A DNA stretch of 64,000 nt, from the NCBI GenBank assembly GCA_023267885.1, contig JALNLB010000003.1, positions 12,792 to 76,791 of the forward strand, read 5' to 3'. Every line of letters starts with the position of its first letter. The first letter of the stretch is position 1. Shown here piece after piece: positions 19,192-28,545 of the stretch. Made by a program: the position numbers and the translations under genes. Origin of the DNA: Candidatus Terraquivivens ruidianensis (GTDB lineage Archaea > Thermoproteota > Nitrososphaeria_A > Caldarchaeales > Wolframiiraptoraceae). Under the pieces are notes generated by a model. That model worked only from the letters and a program-made list of their open reading frames with translations. It was not told the origin of the DNA and ran no database searches.

Positions 19192-19726
19192 CAGTGCGCG
19201 TGCTGATGAACCAGAAGAGCATGAGCCAGCCGAACGTGACGAAGCTACCGAAATAGTCGTGGAATATTATGGCCGGACCTTTTCCAACGTATACGGCTAT
19301 GAGAGCTACGAGGGCTATCCTAAGTATGTTTACTAGGATTGTTCCCTGAAGGCCTACCAAGGTCGTCGTGAGCTTTCCGAGAAGGGATGAGGACGATTCC
19401 TTAAGGACGAGGTAGGATATGGCCGAGAATATCACGATGCTCTGCCAGCCTATGCAGTTCCAAGCTATGTACAGGGCAATTGCTCCGCCCGGCGCATTTA
19501 GGTAAACGATGGGGCCCGACAGCGTAGCCTCGAGCCCGAAAAGGGCCAGCATGGATGCCGTGAAGCGTGCCACGAGCGGAGCGATGTACGTCTCTATAAA
19601 CCACCATAGGCCGATCGACTTTATAATCTCCGTGAGAAACTCGTTAAAGGTGATGTAAAAAGGCATGATTATAAGGGTAAACGACGCGGCTATGAGAAGT
19701 ACGGCGTAGCCCCTTTCTTCCCTCAA
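19166..19726 (-). CDS. Exosortase/archaeosortase-family protein (small, 186 aa)
   Basis: Polytopic membrane protein with a Cys (WNCIGWQS) and an Arg (NILRIAL) about 47 residues apart, as in the exosortase core. It overlaps the GT gene start by 26 nt. Confidence 0.55.
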   Translation of the reverse strand: MREERGYAVLLIAASFTLIIMPFYITFNEFLTEIIKSIGLWWFIETYIAPLVARFTASMLALFGLEATLSGPIVYLNAPGGAIALYIAWNCIGWQSIVIFSAISYLVLKESSSSLLGKLTTTLVGLQGTILVNILRIALVALIAVYVGKGPAIIFHDYFGSFVTFGWLMLFWFISTRTGGDSVAGA

Positions 19727-19866
19727 CGCCGTTTAGCTCCGTGTTTTTAATACTTAAAAATAAATTTTTCCCTTATATAGTTATGTTAGGAAAAGCATCG
19801 GCCCTTATCACGTCTGACGTAGCAATTTATATATTCCGAAACAAGGCAACTAATGCCTGAAAGTGT

Positions 19867-20469
19867 ATGTCGGATGCTTTGGATAAAGTTCTCAAAAAGG
19901 TCGCTGAGGAGACCATGATGGAGTGCTTTTCTTTGTTGGACTCTGCCGAGAAGGATGCCATGGTGCTTTTGGATAGTGAAATGCGTGAGGCCAGCAGCGA
20001 GGCTGTGGAAATAATCGAATCGGCCAAGAGGCAGGCCGAGCTGGAGAGGTCTAGGATACTTAGCGTAGCAGAGGTTGAGGCTAGGAATGAGATGCTCATA
20101 CTCGTCGAGGAATACGTCAACATGGTCATAGAGCGTGCCATGGAAAAGCTGAGGCATACTCCAACCATGCCGGATTACAGGGATGCGATGAAAAAGCTAC
20201 TCCTCGAGGGCCTGAACGCTGTAGGAAGCGACGTAAAGGTATGGACGAATGCAAGGAGCATAGGCCTGCTGAGGGAGCTGGCCGAAGAGGTCTCTACGAG
20301 CACGGGCTTTAAGGTATATGTGGACGATGAAGCAATAGACTGCATAGCTGGCTTAAAGGTTAGCAGCTTGGACGGAAAGAGGGTCTTCGACAACACAGTC
20401 GAGGGAAGGCTGAGGCGCCTAAGGCCGGTCCTTAGAAGGGAAGTTGCCAAGCTGCTGGCCATCGAATAA
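19867..20469 (+). CDS. atpE: A-type ATP synthase subunit E
   Basis: 200 aa, directly upstream of atpA. Confidence 0.8.
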   Translation: MSDALDKVLKKVAEETMMECFSLLDSAEKDAMVLLDSEMREASSEAVEIIESAKRQAELERSRILSVAEVEARNEMLILVEEYVNMVIERAMEKLRHTPTMPDYRDAMKKLLLEGLNAVGSDVKVWTNARSIGLLRELAEEVSTSTGFKVYVDDEAIDCIAGLKVSSLDGKRVFDNTVEGRLRRLRPVLRREVAKLLAIE

Positions 20470-20511
20470 GATATTAATACGAATGGATGCGGCTAAGTGG
20501 GTGGACGTTTT

Positions 20512-22296
20512 ATGGGTATCGAAGGCAAGATAATATGGGTTGCAGGACCAGCGGTAAAGGCAGATGGTATGCTCGGCGCGAAAATGTACGAGACCGTTTA
20601 CGTCGGCGAGGAGAGGCTCATAGGCGAGATAATAAGGTTGACAGGAGACGTCGCCTTCGTACAGGTTTACGAGAACACTAGCGGGCTCTCGCCAGGAGAG
20701 CCTGTTTATGGTACTGGACAACCGCTCTCGGTCATGCTTGGCCCTGGAATAATAGGAAGCATCTACGACGGAGTTCAGAGACCCTTGGATAGGATTGCGT
20801 CTGCCATCGGGCCATTCGTGAAGAGAGGGGTCCAAGCCCCTCCGCTACCGTTCGAGAAGAGGTGGAGGTTTAAGCCTCTCGTAAAGAAAGGAGATGTGCT
20901 CAGCCCAGGAGACTTTGTAGGCGTGGTCCAAGAGACGCCTTTAGTTGAGTGCAGGATAATGGTGCCACCCGACAGCAAGGGCGGAGAGGTGGTTCACATA
21001 GCGGAAGAGGGAGACTACACGGTCGAGGATACTGTTGCAGTACTCTCTAAAAGTGGAGTAAACGAGGAGATAAAGCTGTACCATCGCTGGCCTGTCAGGA
21101 CGCCGAGACCCTTCAAGAGGAGGCTTAGTCCGGAGGTACCGCTCATCACTGGCCAAAGGGTCATAGACACATTCTTCCCGATGGCAAAGGGAGGAACCGG
21201 ATGCATACCCGGAGCATTCGGGACAGGCAAGACTGTCATGCTACACAACCTCGCCAAATGGAGCGACGCCAAAGTGATATTCCACGTGGGCTGCGGCGAG
21301 AGAGGGAACGAGGAGGCAGAAGTCCTGACGAAGTTCCCGGAGCTTACAGACCCTTACAGCGGAAGACCTCTCATGGAAAGGACGGCGCTGATAGCCAACA
21401 CGAGCAACATGCCCGTGGCCGCGAGGGAAGCTAGCATATACACCGGGGTCACCATGGCCGAGTTCTACAGGGACATGGGATACGACGTGCTCTTGGTTGC
21501 GGATTCGACGAGCAGATGGGCTGAGGCGCTGAGGGAGATAAGCGGTAGGCTCGAGGAGATGCCTGCAGAGGAGGGCTATCCAAGTTACCTCGCCAGTAGG
21601 CTTGCCGAGTTCTACGAAAGGGCTGGAAGGGTTGAGACGTTCGGAAGACCAGAAAGAATCGGGAGCGTCACGCTGATAGGCGCCGTCAGCCCGCCTGGCG
21701 GTGACTTCACGGAGCCGGTGACTACGCACACGATGCGCTTCATAAGGACCTTCTGGGGCCTCGACCCAAACTTGGCGTACAGCAGACACTATCCAGCCAT
21801 CAACTGGATAACGAGCTACTCGGGATACGTCGAAACCGTCAAGGTATACTGGGAGTCCCAGGTAAGCAAGGAGTGGTCTGAGCTCAGGTCCTACGTTTAC
21901 TCCATACTACAAAGGGAGGAGGAGCTCTTAGAGATAGTGAGGCTCCTTGGACCAGAGGCCCTGCCCGACGAGGAGAAGCTTTTGCTGGACGTAGCCAGGA
22001 TGGTAAGGGAGGGCTTCCTGCAGCAGAGCGCTTACGACGAAATGGATGCCTACTGCGACGTGAGAAAGCAGGTCAAGCTACTCGGGCTTTTCGCAGAGTT
22101 CCACAAACTGGCGGTAGATGCTCTCAAGCGGGGTGTGCCCTTGAAGAGCATAAGGGGTATGCCGATAATATTCAGGCTCATCAGGGCTAAGTCTGAGGTC
22201 AGGAACGATGAGGTCGAGAAACTCGACGCGTTGCTCGAGACGATGAGGTCTGCGTTCGAGAAGCTCATGGCTGAGGAGGTCGTGGCGGTGAGATGA
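20512..22296 (+). CDS. atpA: A-type ATP synthase catalytic subunit A
   Basis: GAFGTGKT P-loop. The start is the ATG at 20512 ([13 protein letters not shown]). No intein is present. Confidence 0.95.
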   Translation: MGIEGKIIWVAGPAVKADGMLGAKMYETVYVGEERLIGEIIRLTGDVAFVQVYENTSGLSPGEPVYGTGQPLSVMLGPGIIGSIYDGVQRPLDRIASAIGPFVKRGVQAPPLPFEKRWRFKPLVKKGDVLSPGDFVGVVQETPLVECRIMVPPDSKGGEVVHIAEEGDYTVEDTVAVLSKSGVNEEIKLYHRWPVRTPRPFKRRLSPEVPLITGQRVIDTFFPMAKGGTGCIPGAFGTGKTVMLHNLAKWSDAKVIFHVGCGERGNEEAEVLTKFPELTDPYSGRPLMERTALIANTSNMPVAAREASIYTGVTMAEFYRDMGYDVLLVADSTSRWAEALREISGRLEEMPAEEGYPSYLASRLAEFYERAGRVETFGRPERIGSVTLIGAVSPPGGDFTEPVTTHTMRFIRTFWGLDPNLAYSRHYPAINWITSYSGYVETVKVYWESQVSKEWSELRSYVYSILQREEELLEIVRLLGPEALPDEEKLLLDVARMVREGFLQQSAYDEMDAYCDVRKQVKLLGLFAEFHKLAVDALKRGVPLKSIRGMPIIFRLIRAKSEVRNDEVEKLDALLETMRSAFEKLMAEEVVAVR

Positions 22297-23708
22297 GCTT
22301 GAGCAAGGACAAGAGGTCAACGCCAGCTGGCCTGACGTACGGAACGATCAGCGAAATAAAAGGCCCACTCATGATAATAGAAGGCGTGACGAAGGCATCT
22401 TACGATGAGCTCGTGGAGATAGAGACGAGGGAAGGCGAGAGACGCCTGGCAAGGGTTCTTGAGGTCGGAATGGGCAAAGCAGTTGTACAAGTCTTCGAGG
22501 GGACGCATGGTCTATCAATAGAGGGCACGGTCGCGAGGTTCTTGGGCAGGGTCATGGAGCTTGGCGTATCGGAGGATATGCTCGGCAGGACCTTCGATGG
22601 ACTCGGAAGACCGCTCGACGGGTTACCGGAGCCGATACCGAGGGAGTTCAGGGACGTGAACGGTGAGCCAATTAACCCCGAGAGACGCGATTATCCGAGC
22701 GACTTCATACAGACAGGCATGTCAGCAATAGATGGAATGAACTCGCTTGTCAGAGGCCAGAAGCTACCGATATTCTCCGGCGCTGGCTTGCCGCACAACA
22801 TGCTGGCCGCGCAGATAGCTAGGCAGGCGACGGTTCCCGGCAAGGAAGAGGAATTTGCGGTTGTGTTCGCAGCCATAGGCGTCCAGAACGATGAGGCGAG
22901 GTTCTTCAAGGAGAGTCTCGAGAAGAGCGGAGCGATATCTAGGAGCGCCCTCTTCCTAAACTTGGCGGACGACCCGGCAATAGAGAGAATCATAACGCCG
23001 AGGATAGCGCTGACGCTTGCCGAGTATCTTGCTTTCTGGCACGACTACCACGTACTCGTAATCTTGACGGATATTACCAACTACTGCGAAAGCCTGCGGG
23101 AGATAAGCGCCGCGAGGGAAGAGGTTCCAGGAAGGAAGGGATATCCAGGATACATGTACACGGATCTTGCCTCGAACTACGAGAGGGCCGGAAGGATAAA
23201 AGGCAAGAAGGGCAGCGTGACGCAGATGCCCATACTGAGCATGCCGAGCGACGACATCACGCACCCAATACCAGACCTAACGGGCTACATCACGGAAGGC
23301 CAGATAGTTCTGAGCAGGGAGCTCTACAGGAAGGGAATATACCCGCCGATAAACGTGCTAATGTCTCTGAGTAGACTGATGGGACCCGGAATCATCGCCG
23401 AGAAAAGGACGAGGGCTGACCACGGTGACGTGAGCAACCAGCTTTATGCAGCCTACTCAAGGGCTGTTCAGTTAAGAGCCTTGGCTGAGATAGTGGGAAG
23501 GTCTGGTTTATCTGCAACCGACATAAAGTATCTGGAGTTCGGTGACCTATTCGAGCAAAGGTTCTTAAAGCAGGGCTATGACGAGAACAGGTCTTTGGAT
23601 GACACGTTGGAAATAGCTTGGGATATACTCTCGAGCCTGCCGGAGCAGGAGCTGACGAAGATAAAGGAAGAGCATATCCACAAATACTACAAAGCAAAGA
23701 GCAGATGA
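22293..23708 (+). CDS. atpB: A-type ATP synthase subunit B
   Basis: 471 aa regulatory subunit, overlapping atpA (ATGA). Confidence 0.95.
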   Translation: MSLSKDKRSTPAGLTYGTISEIKGPLMIIEGVTKASYDELVEIETREGERRLARVLEVGMGKAVVQVFEGTHGLSIEGTVARFLGRVMELGVSEDMLGRTFDGLGRPLDGLPEPIPREFRDVNGEPINPERRDYPSDFIQTGMSAIDGMNSLVRGQKLPIFSGAGLPHNMLAAQIARQATVPGKEEEFAVVFAAIGVQNDEARFFKESLEKSGAISRSALFLNLADDPAIERIITPRIALTLAEYLAFWHDYHVLVILTDITNYCESLREISAAREEVPGRKGYPGYMYTDLASNYERAGRIKGKKGSVTQMPILSMPSDDITHPIPDLTGYITEGQIVLSRELYRKGIYPPINVLMSLSRLMGPGIIAEKRTRADHGDVSNQLYAAYSRAVQLRALAEIVGRSGLSATDIKYLEFGDLFEQRFLKQGYDENRSLDDTLEIAWDILSSLPEQELTKIKEEHIHKYYKAKSR

Positions 23709-23826
23709 TAAGCTCAGTTTTGGTATCGGCCTAAAGCTATCATACGACGCACGGTTCCTATGTAAACTACGTAATTTAATTCGGTTAGCCTTTTTACAGG
23801 TCGAATCTAAGTAACCCAAGGTAAGC

Positions 23827-24684
23827 ATGTCAGAAGCAAAGGAAGGCCGCAAGAGCTTAAGCAAGACCGTTGCGCTTATCGCGATCTGTGCTGCGCTCTA
23901 CGCAGCCGCAGCGGCTGCTACCTCGCCGATACCCACTCCTTGGGGTGTAGGCCATTTCAGGCCAGGCGTCATAGTACCTGCTTTGTTCGCATTAATCTCC
24001 ACACCTCTCGTAGCCGGAACAGGTGCCGCGATAGGAACATTCATGGCCAGCTTCATCCTCGCCACGTTTGGCCTAAGCAACCCGGCTCTGAGCTTGGTGT
24101 CGGGCGTTCCCGGGAACCTCGTTGGCTTCTACTTATTGGGCTGGTTACTATCTAAGGGCAGAACATGGCGTTCCTTCGTTTCCAGTAGCATCGTATCCCT
24201 ATTCGTCGGGAACTTCATAGCGGCGACCGGTGTGACGGCGTACTTCTCCTTCGTCGTGCCAACTTGGGCGGCATGGACGATTAATGAGAAGCTTCTTACG
24301 ATACTCGGCCTCACATTATTCTGGATGGTTACGATGATTCCGTTCGTCGTTGCCCTAGTGCCTCCGCTCTACAGAGGGATAGCGCCGATCGTATCGGAGA
24401 GGTTTGCCACGGCCGTGAGGTCCGAGGTTTTCGGCAACGACAAGCCTAGGGACCTACTATACAACTCGGTCATGATATTCTTGCTATTCGTGGCCATTTA
24501 TGTGGGCGTGGTTATGACGCCCTTCGGTGACGCCATCTTTAGCAAGGTCATCAGGCCCGAATACATCTTTTGGGTCAAGAACCTGTTCATAATAGCAGGT
24601 GGTACCGTGCTGGCGTTCGGGTTGACAGCGTCGTTCTTCATGGGCAAGAAGTTGTCCCCGGAAAGCATCGGACGGAGAATCTAA
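23827..24684 (+). CDS. Polytopic membrane protein (possibly an ECF-transporter S-component-like protein)
   Basis: 285 aa with 6-7 predicted TM segments. Confidence 0.4.
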   Translation: MSEAKEGRKSLSKTVALIAICAALYAAAAAATSPIPTPWGVGHFRPGVIVPALFALISTPLVAGTGAAIGTFMASFILATFGLSNPALSLVSGVPGNLVGFYLLGWLLSKGRTWRSFVSSSIVSLFVGNFIAATGVTAYFSFVVPTWAAWTINEKLLTILGLTLFWMVTMIPFVVALVPPLYRGIAPIVSERFATAVRSEVFGNDKPRDLLYNSVMIFLLFVAIYVGVVMTPFGDAIFSKVIRPEYIFWVKNLFIIAGGTVLAFGLTASFFMGKKLSPESIGRRI

Positions 24685-24740
24685 AGCATCGCGTCTTTAA
24701 GGGTTATTTAGAAGAAGCTCAAAACGGTTAGCGAAAGACA

Positions 24741-24847
24741 GGGGCCGTGGTCTAGCGGTATGACGCGCTCGCATAAGGCCGCCCTCACGGCACCTCGATA
24801 TGGCTGGGAAACGGCGGAGGTCGTGGGTTCGAACCCCACCGGCCCCA
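24741..24847 (+). tRNA. tRNA-Val(CAC) with two introns (about 13 nt in the D/anticodon junction region and about 23 nt in the anticodon loop)
   Basis: Acceptor GGGGCCG/CGGCCCC, anticodon stem CCGCC/GGCGG, loop CUCACG.., T-arm GTGGGTTCGAACCCCAC. CCA is not encoded. Confidence 0.75.
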
Positions 24848-24933
24848 TCCACGCGAACATTACGAAGAACCTCAGAAATATATCGAGTGAAGGTTAGAAA
24901 AACTAAAATCAAGTTGTTTACACATACCTTACC

Positions 24934-25812
24934 ATGAGTTTTGTCGGTTTCATAGGTCTCGGGCTTATGGGAAAGCCCATGGCGAGTAGGTTGCTGAAAG
25001 CTGGATATGAGGTGGTGGTGCATAATCGGAGCCCTAAGCCCGTGGAGGAGCTTGTCGCGTTGGGCGCCCTTCCCGCATCGTCACCTCGTGAGGTGGCTGA
25101 GCGGTCGGAGTTTATTATCACGATGCTACCTGACAATCCCGATGTACGTTCGGTCATCGCTGGGACCAACGGCGTAATCGAGGGAGTTAGAAAGGGTATG
25201 GTTGTTATCGACATGTCCACGATCTCGCCCTCTCTTGTTCGGGAGCTCCATAAGATGTTGGCCGATAAGGACGTAGATCTTCTCGATGCGCCAGTATCTG
25301 GAAGTACGATGGCCGCAGAGGCTGGTACCCTTACCATCATGGTTGGTGGAAAGCAGGAGGCCTACGAGCGAGCTCTACCGCTTTTCAGGGCTATGGGTGA
25401 CAAAATCTTTTACATGGGCGACCCGGGAATGGGAGCTTACACCAAGCTTTGTAACCAGATAGCTGTTGGCCTCAACCTCCTCGCAACCTGTGAGGTCCTC
25501 CTCTTAGCCAAAAAGGTCGGCTTAGACCAGCAGAAGGTTATCGAAGTCCTCAGCACCGGCGCGGGCAACTCTTGGCAACTCACCACACTCGGTCCACGAA
25601 TTATAAAGCGTGACTTCAGGCCTGGCTTCAAGGTTCAGCACTTACGGAAAGACTTACGCATCATTCGGGAGATTGCCGAGCAGCTTGGTCTACCGTTGAT
25701 TGGTATCAGCTCGGTGGCCGAACTTGTCAAAGCTTTAGACCAGAAAGGACACGGGACCGATGGAACTCAATCGCTAATAACGTTACTGGAAGAGTTGGCC
25801 GGTATGGGGTAG
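24934..25812 (+). CDS. 3-hydroxyisobutyrate / 2-hydroxy-3-oxopropionate reductase family (NAD-binding)
   Basis: FIGLGLMGxPMA motif, 292 aa. Confidence 0.85.
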   Translation: MSFVGFIGLGLMGKPMASRLLKAGYEVVVHNRSPKPVEELVALGALPASSPREVAERSEFIITMLPDNPDVRSVIAGTNGVIEGVRKGMVVIDMSTISPSLVRELHKMLADKDVDLLDAPVSGSTMAAEAGTLTIMVGGKQEAYERALPLFRAMGDKIFYMGDPGMGAYTKLCNQIAVGLNLLATCEVLLLAKKVGLDQQKVIEVLSTGAGNSWQLTTLGPRIIKRDFRPGFKVQHLRKDLRIIREIAEQLGLPLIGISSVAELVKALDQKGHGTDGTQSLITLLEELAGMG

Positions 25813-25946
25813 CCGCATTTTTATCCTCAGATACCTGAGCGAAGGTTCTGTTCAGGCTAAGATAAAGGTTTGAAGACATGTTAATTTTAGGACCGATTTG
25901 CTAAGAATAAAGCTTGGCCTGATCGAAACTTTGCCTGAATAAACTT

Positions 25947-26108
25947 TTAGCGCTTTATCTCTCGCCTCTTCCACCTGAGATTCCTACTTCTGCACTTTCT
26001 GCACTTTTCTGCGGAGGCCGGATTCCTTACGCCGCAATTTCTGCATATCTTCACGTAGAGCTTGCGTCTCTGGGCCAGCTGTAGTAGCTCGGTATCCCTT
26101 ATAGGCAT
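25947..26108 (-). CDS. rpl40e: Ribosomal protein L40e
   Basis: KICRNCGVRNPASAEKCRKCRSRNLRWKRRE is the zinc-ribbon L40e signature. The start is taken at MPIRDTEL. Confidence 0.8.
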   Translation of the reverse strand: MPIRDTELLQLAQRRKLYVKICRNCGVRNPASAEKCRKCRSRNLRWKRREIKR

Positions 26109-26245
26109 GTCAGCGGTTGCCCCTAAAGCCACTAAATAAGGCCTTTCTTAAACTTTATTCTTTCAGCAAGCCCATATCCTCGGGGAAAGTATTTATTTAG
26201 GGCTCAGAAGATATCCTCAGTAGTCCCGCTAGTAGAAAAATACTG

Positions 26246-26536
26246 GTGAGTAAAATGTCAAAGGAGCAACCGGCGTCTACGATACTCGTAGGGAAGAAGC
26301 CTCTGATGAACTACGTGTTCGCGTGCTTGACGAGTCTTCAGAGCGGTTCTAATAACCTAGTCGTAAAGGCCAGGGGACGGGCGATAAGCAAGGCGGTCGA
26401 CCTAGTCCAGATACTTCAGCAAAGGTTCCACAAAGACTTGAAGATAACGGACATAAAGATAGGTACTGAGCAGGTAACGGGTCAGGACAACCGGACGGTA
26501 AACGTGAGCACGATAGAGATCAGCATAAGCAGGTAG
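26246..26536 (+). CDS. albA: Alba (Sso10b) chromatin protein
   Basis: VGKKPLMNYV...VVKARGRAISKAVD...VSTIEI. Confidence 0.9.
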   Translation: MSKMSKEQPASTILVGKKPLMNYVFACLTSLQSGSNNLVVKARGRAISKAVDLVQILQQRFHKDLKITDIKIGTEQVTGQDNRTVNVSTIEISISR

Positions 26537-26558
26537 CCGACATCCCGGCGACTAGAAA

Positions 26559-27212
26559 ATGGGTAGTCATGCCGCAGCGGGCTACTTGGTGGTGTGCAGG
26601 ATGGAAATGCCAGTGTGTGCGTTCGACTTAAGGACTGGTATATTCTGCGAAAGGTGTGAAGAGAAGGTCAGACGTGGCGAAGTATCAGAGTTGGACATAA
26701 GGGTAATGAAGAGTCTCTTGGAGCTGGAGAAGACTTTCCACCAGCTCCAATCCATGTGCTACGTAAAGAGCGTGGACACTAAAGATACAATAGCCGTGGT
26801 GCTGAGGAATGGAAATCTGAACGCGATGTCCCAACAATCGTTGGCATCGCTAAGGAGGAAACTCTCGGACATCCTGGGCAAGAACGTTAAGCTCATTGAG
26901 GACTCTTCCGACATAGGTAGGTTCTTGGAACCACTCGTCGCACCGGCGAGGATAGTCGCCATCAACAAGATATGGCTGCCCGACAACTCCATGGAGATAA
27001 GGATAATCCTTGACGAGGAGAGGGGCCTAAAGCTTAGCGTTGAATCCATTCAGGAAATTGCGAGGGTAACGAAGAGCGTGAATCTCAAGGTGGACTTTGC
27101 GAGAAGGTCATGGAAAAGGATGCTACCAGTAAAGCAGAAGGTAGTGAAGGAAGCGGATGCCCCTGAAGATAGGGATAAAAGACGGAACAAAAATCATCTA
27201 GTAAACGTCTAA
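26559..27212 (+). CDS. Zn-ribbon plus KH-like RNA-binding protein (NusA/Dim2-like), uncertain
   Basis: N-terminal CxxxxxxxxxCxxC followed by two KH-like segments (GKNVKLIEDSSDIGRFLEP...). Confidence 0.35.
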   Translation: MGSHAAAGYLVVCRMEMPVCAFDLRTGIFCERCEEKVRRGEVSELDIRVMKSLLELEKTFHQLQSMCYVKSVDTKDTIAVVLRNGNLNAMSQQSLASLRRKLSDILGKNVKLIEDSSDIGRFLEPLVAPARIVAINKIWLPDNSMEIRIILDEERGLKLSVESIQEIARVTKSVNLKVDFARRSWKRMLPVKQKVVKEADAPEDRDKRRNKNHLVNV

Positions 27213-27239
27213 AGCGGGATGGTTGTTTTGGTCAAGAAG

Positions 27240-28538
27240 ATGTGGATTAGAACGCACGTTGCACGCCAGATAAAGCCAGAATTGAATGGCCAAGAGGTCC
27301 ACTTGGTCGGATGGGTTCATGAGGTTAGGGATCTGGGCGGCATAAAGTTCATCTTGCTTCGCGACGCATCAGGGCTTTGTCAAGTCTCCGCCAGAAAGTC
27401 TGAGTTATCACAAGGTATGGTTTCGGCACTGGAGGGGCTTGGTAGCGAGGACGTCGTTTACGTTAATGGCGTCGTCAGTGAGGAGCCGAAGGCGAGGCTA
27501 GGCGTTGAGGTCAAGCTAAAGGAGCTAAGGATTCTTAGCAAAGCACGGCAACCAATACCTTACGACGTAACAGGAAAGGTTCCGGCCGGCATGGACACAA
27601 GACTCAATTATAGAATACTTGACCTCCGAAAGCCCGAGAACAAGGCAATATTCAAGATAGCCACCACGGCGCTCGAAGCGATAAGGGAGTTTTTCTTGAA
27701 GGAGGGCTTCGTAGAGGTTAGAACACCGAAGATAATAGCCACGGCTACAGAGGGTGGCGCGGCCCTCTTCCCTGTTCAGTACTTTGAGAGAACCGCATAC
27801 CTCGCCCAGAGCCCGCAGCTTTACAAGGAGCAACTCACGACAGTTTTCGAGAAGGTCTTCGAGATAGGTCCGTTCTTCAGAGCTGAGGAGTCGCACACAA
27901 GAAGGCATGTGAGCGAGTTTACGTCGGTAGACATAGAAATGGCATTCGCTGACCTTTACGACGTCATGAACGTCTTGGAGAGGTTGATTGCATACGTAAT
28001 CGGCGCCGTCATTAAGAATAACGCGGAGGAGTTGAATTTACTGGACGTCACGCTTAAGCCCATCCAGCTACCGTTAAAGAGGTTCACGTACAAGGATATG
28101 CTGGAGGAACTCAGAAAGGAAGGAAGGGAGCTAAAATGGGGCGACGACTTCGGAACCGAAGAGAACAGGATACTCGGCAAGAAGCATCCTTACTACTACT
28201 TCATAACACACTTCCCGACGAAGGCTAAGCCGTTCTACATACAGCCCTGCGAGGATGACCCGCAAATTTCGGAGTCATTCGACCTAATGTATCAGTGGCT
28301 TGAACTCGCGTCAGGGGGAACGAGAGTATCCGATAGAAGTCTGCTAGAGAGGAGGCTGAGGGAGCAGGGTCTAAACCCCGAGAGCTTCAAGAGTCATCTC
28401 TCTGTCTTCGACTATGGAATGCCTGTCCACGCAGGATGGGGTCTTGGATTTGATAGGCTGACGATGGTACTCACCAAGAGGACGAATATACGGGAGGTTA
28501 TACTCTTCCCGAGGGACAGATTCAGGCTCGAGCCTTAG
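27240..28538 (+). CDS. aspS: Aspartyl-tRNA synthetase (archaeal type)
   Basis: Class II motifs (FRAEESHTRRHVSEFTSVDIEMAF). The start is taken at MWIRTH. Confidence 0.9.
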   Translation: MWIRTHVARQIKPELNGQEVHLVGWVHEVRDLGGIKFILLRDASGLCQVSARKSELSQGMVSALEGLGSEDVVYVNGVVSEEPKARLGVEVKLKELRILSKARQPIPYDVTGKVPAGMDTRLNYRILDLRKPENKAIFKIATTALEAIREFFLKEGFVEVRTPKIIATATEGGAALFPVQYFERTAYLAQSPQLYKEQLTTVFEKVFEIGPFFRAEESHTRRHVSEFTSVDIEMAFADLYDVMNVLERLIAYVIGAVIKNNAEELNLLDVTLKPIQLPLKRFTYKDMLEELRKEGRELKWGDDFGTEENRILGKKHPYYYFITHFPTKAKPFYIQPCEDDPQISESFDLMYQWLELASGGTRVSDRSLLERRLREQGLNPESFKSHLSVFDYGMPVHAGWGLGFDRLTMVLTKRTNIREVILFPRDRFRLEP

Positions 28539-28545
28539 TGATAAG

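Noticed and set aside
19786-20168. Two overlapping minus-strand ORFs (123 aa and 113 aa) inside atpE
   Set aside because: They are antisense to a well-supported A-ATPase subunit E gene, have low-complexity Ser/Leu-rich translations and show no motif. They are shadow ORFs.
20497-20511. GTG start giving MGGRF extension of atpA
   Set aside because: The downstream ATG at 20512 gives the conserved AtpA N-terminus ([13 protein letters not shown]). The extension is probably not translated.
25813-25946. Possible C/D-box sRNA (UGAUCGA ... CUGA) in the intergenic region before rpl40e
   Set aside because: The box spacing is too short for a guide region and no C'/D' pair is evident. This is insufficient to call.
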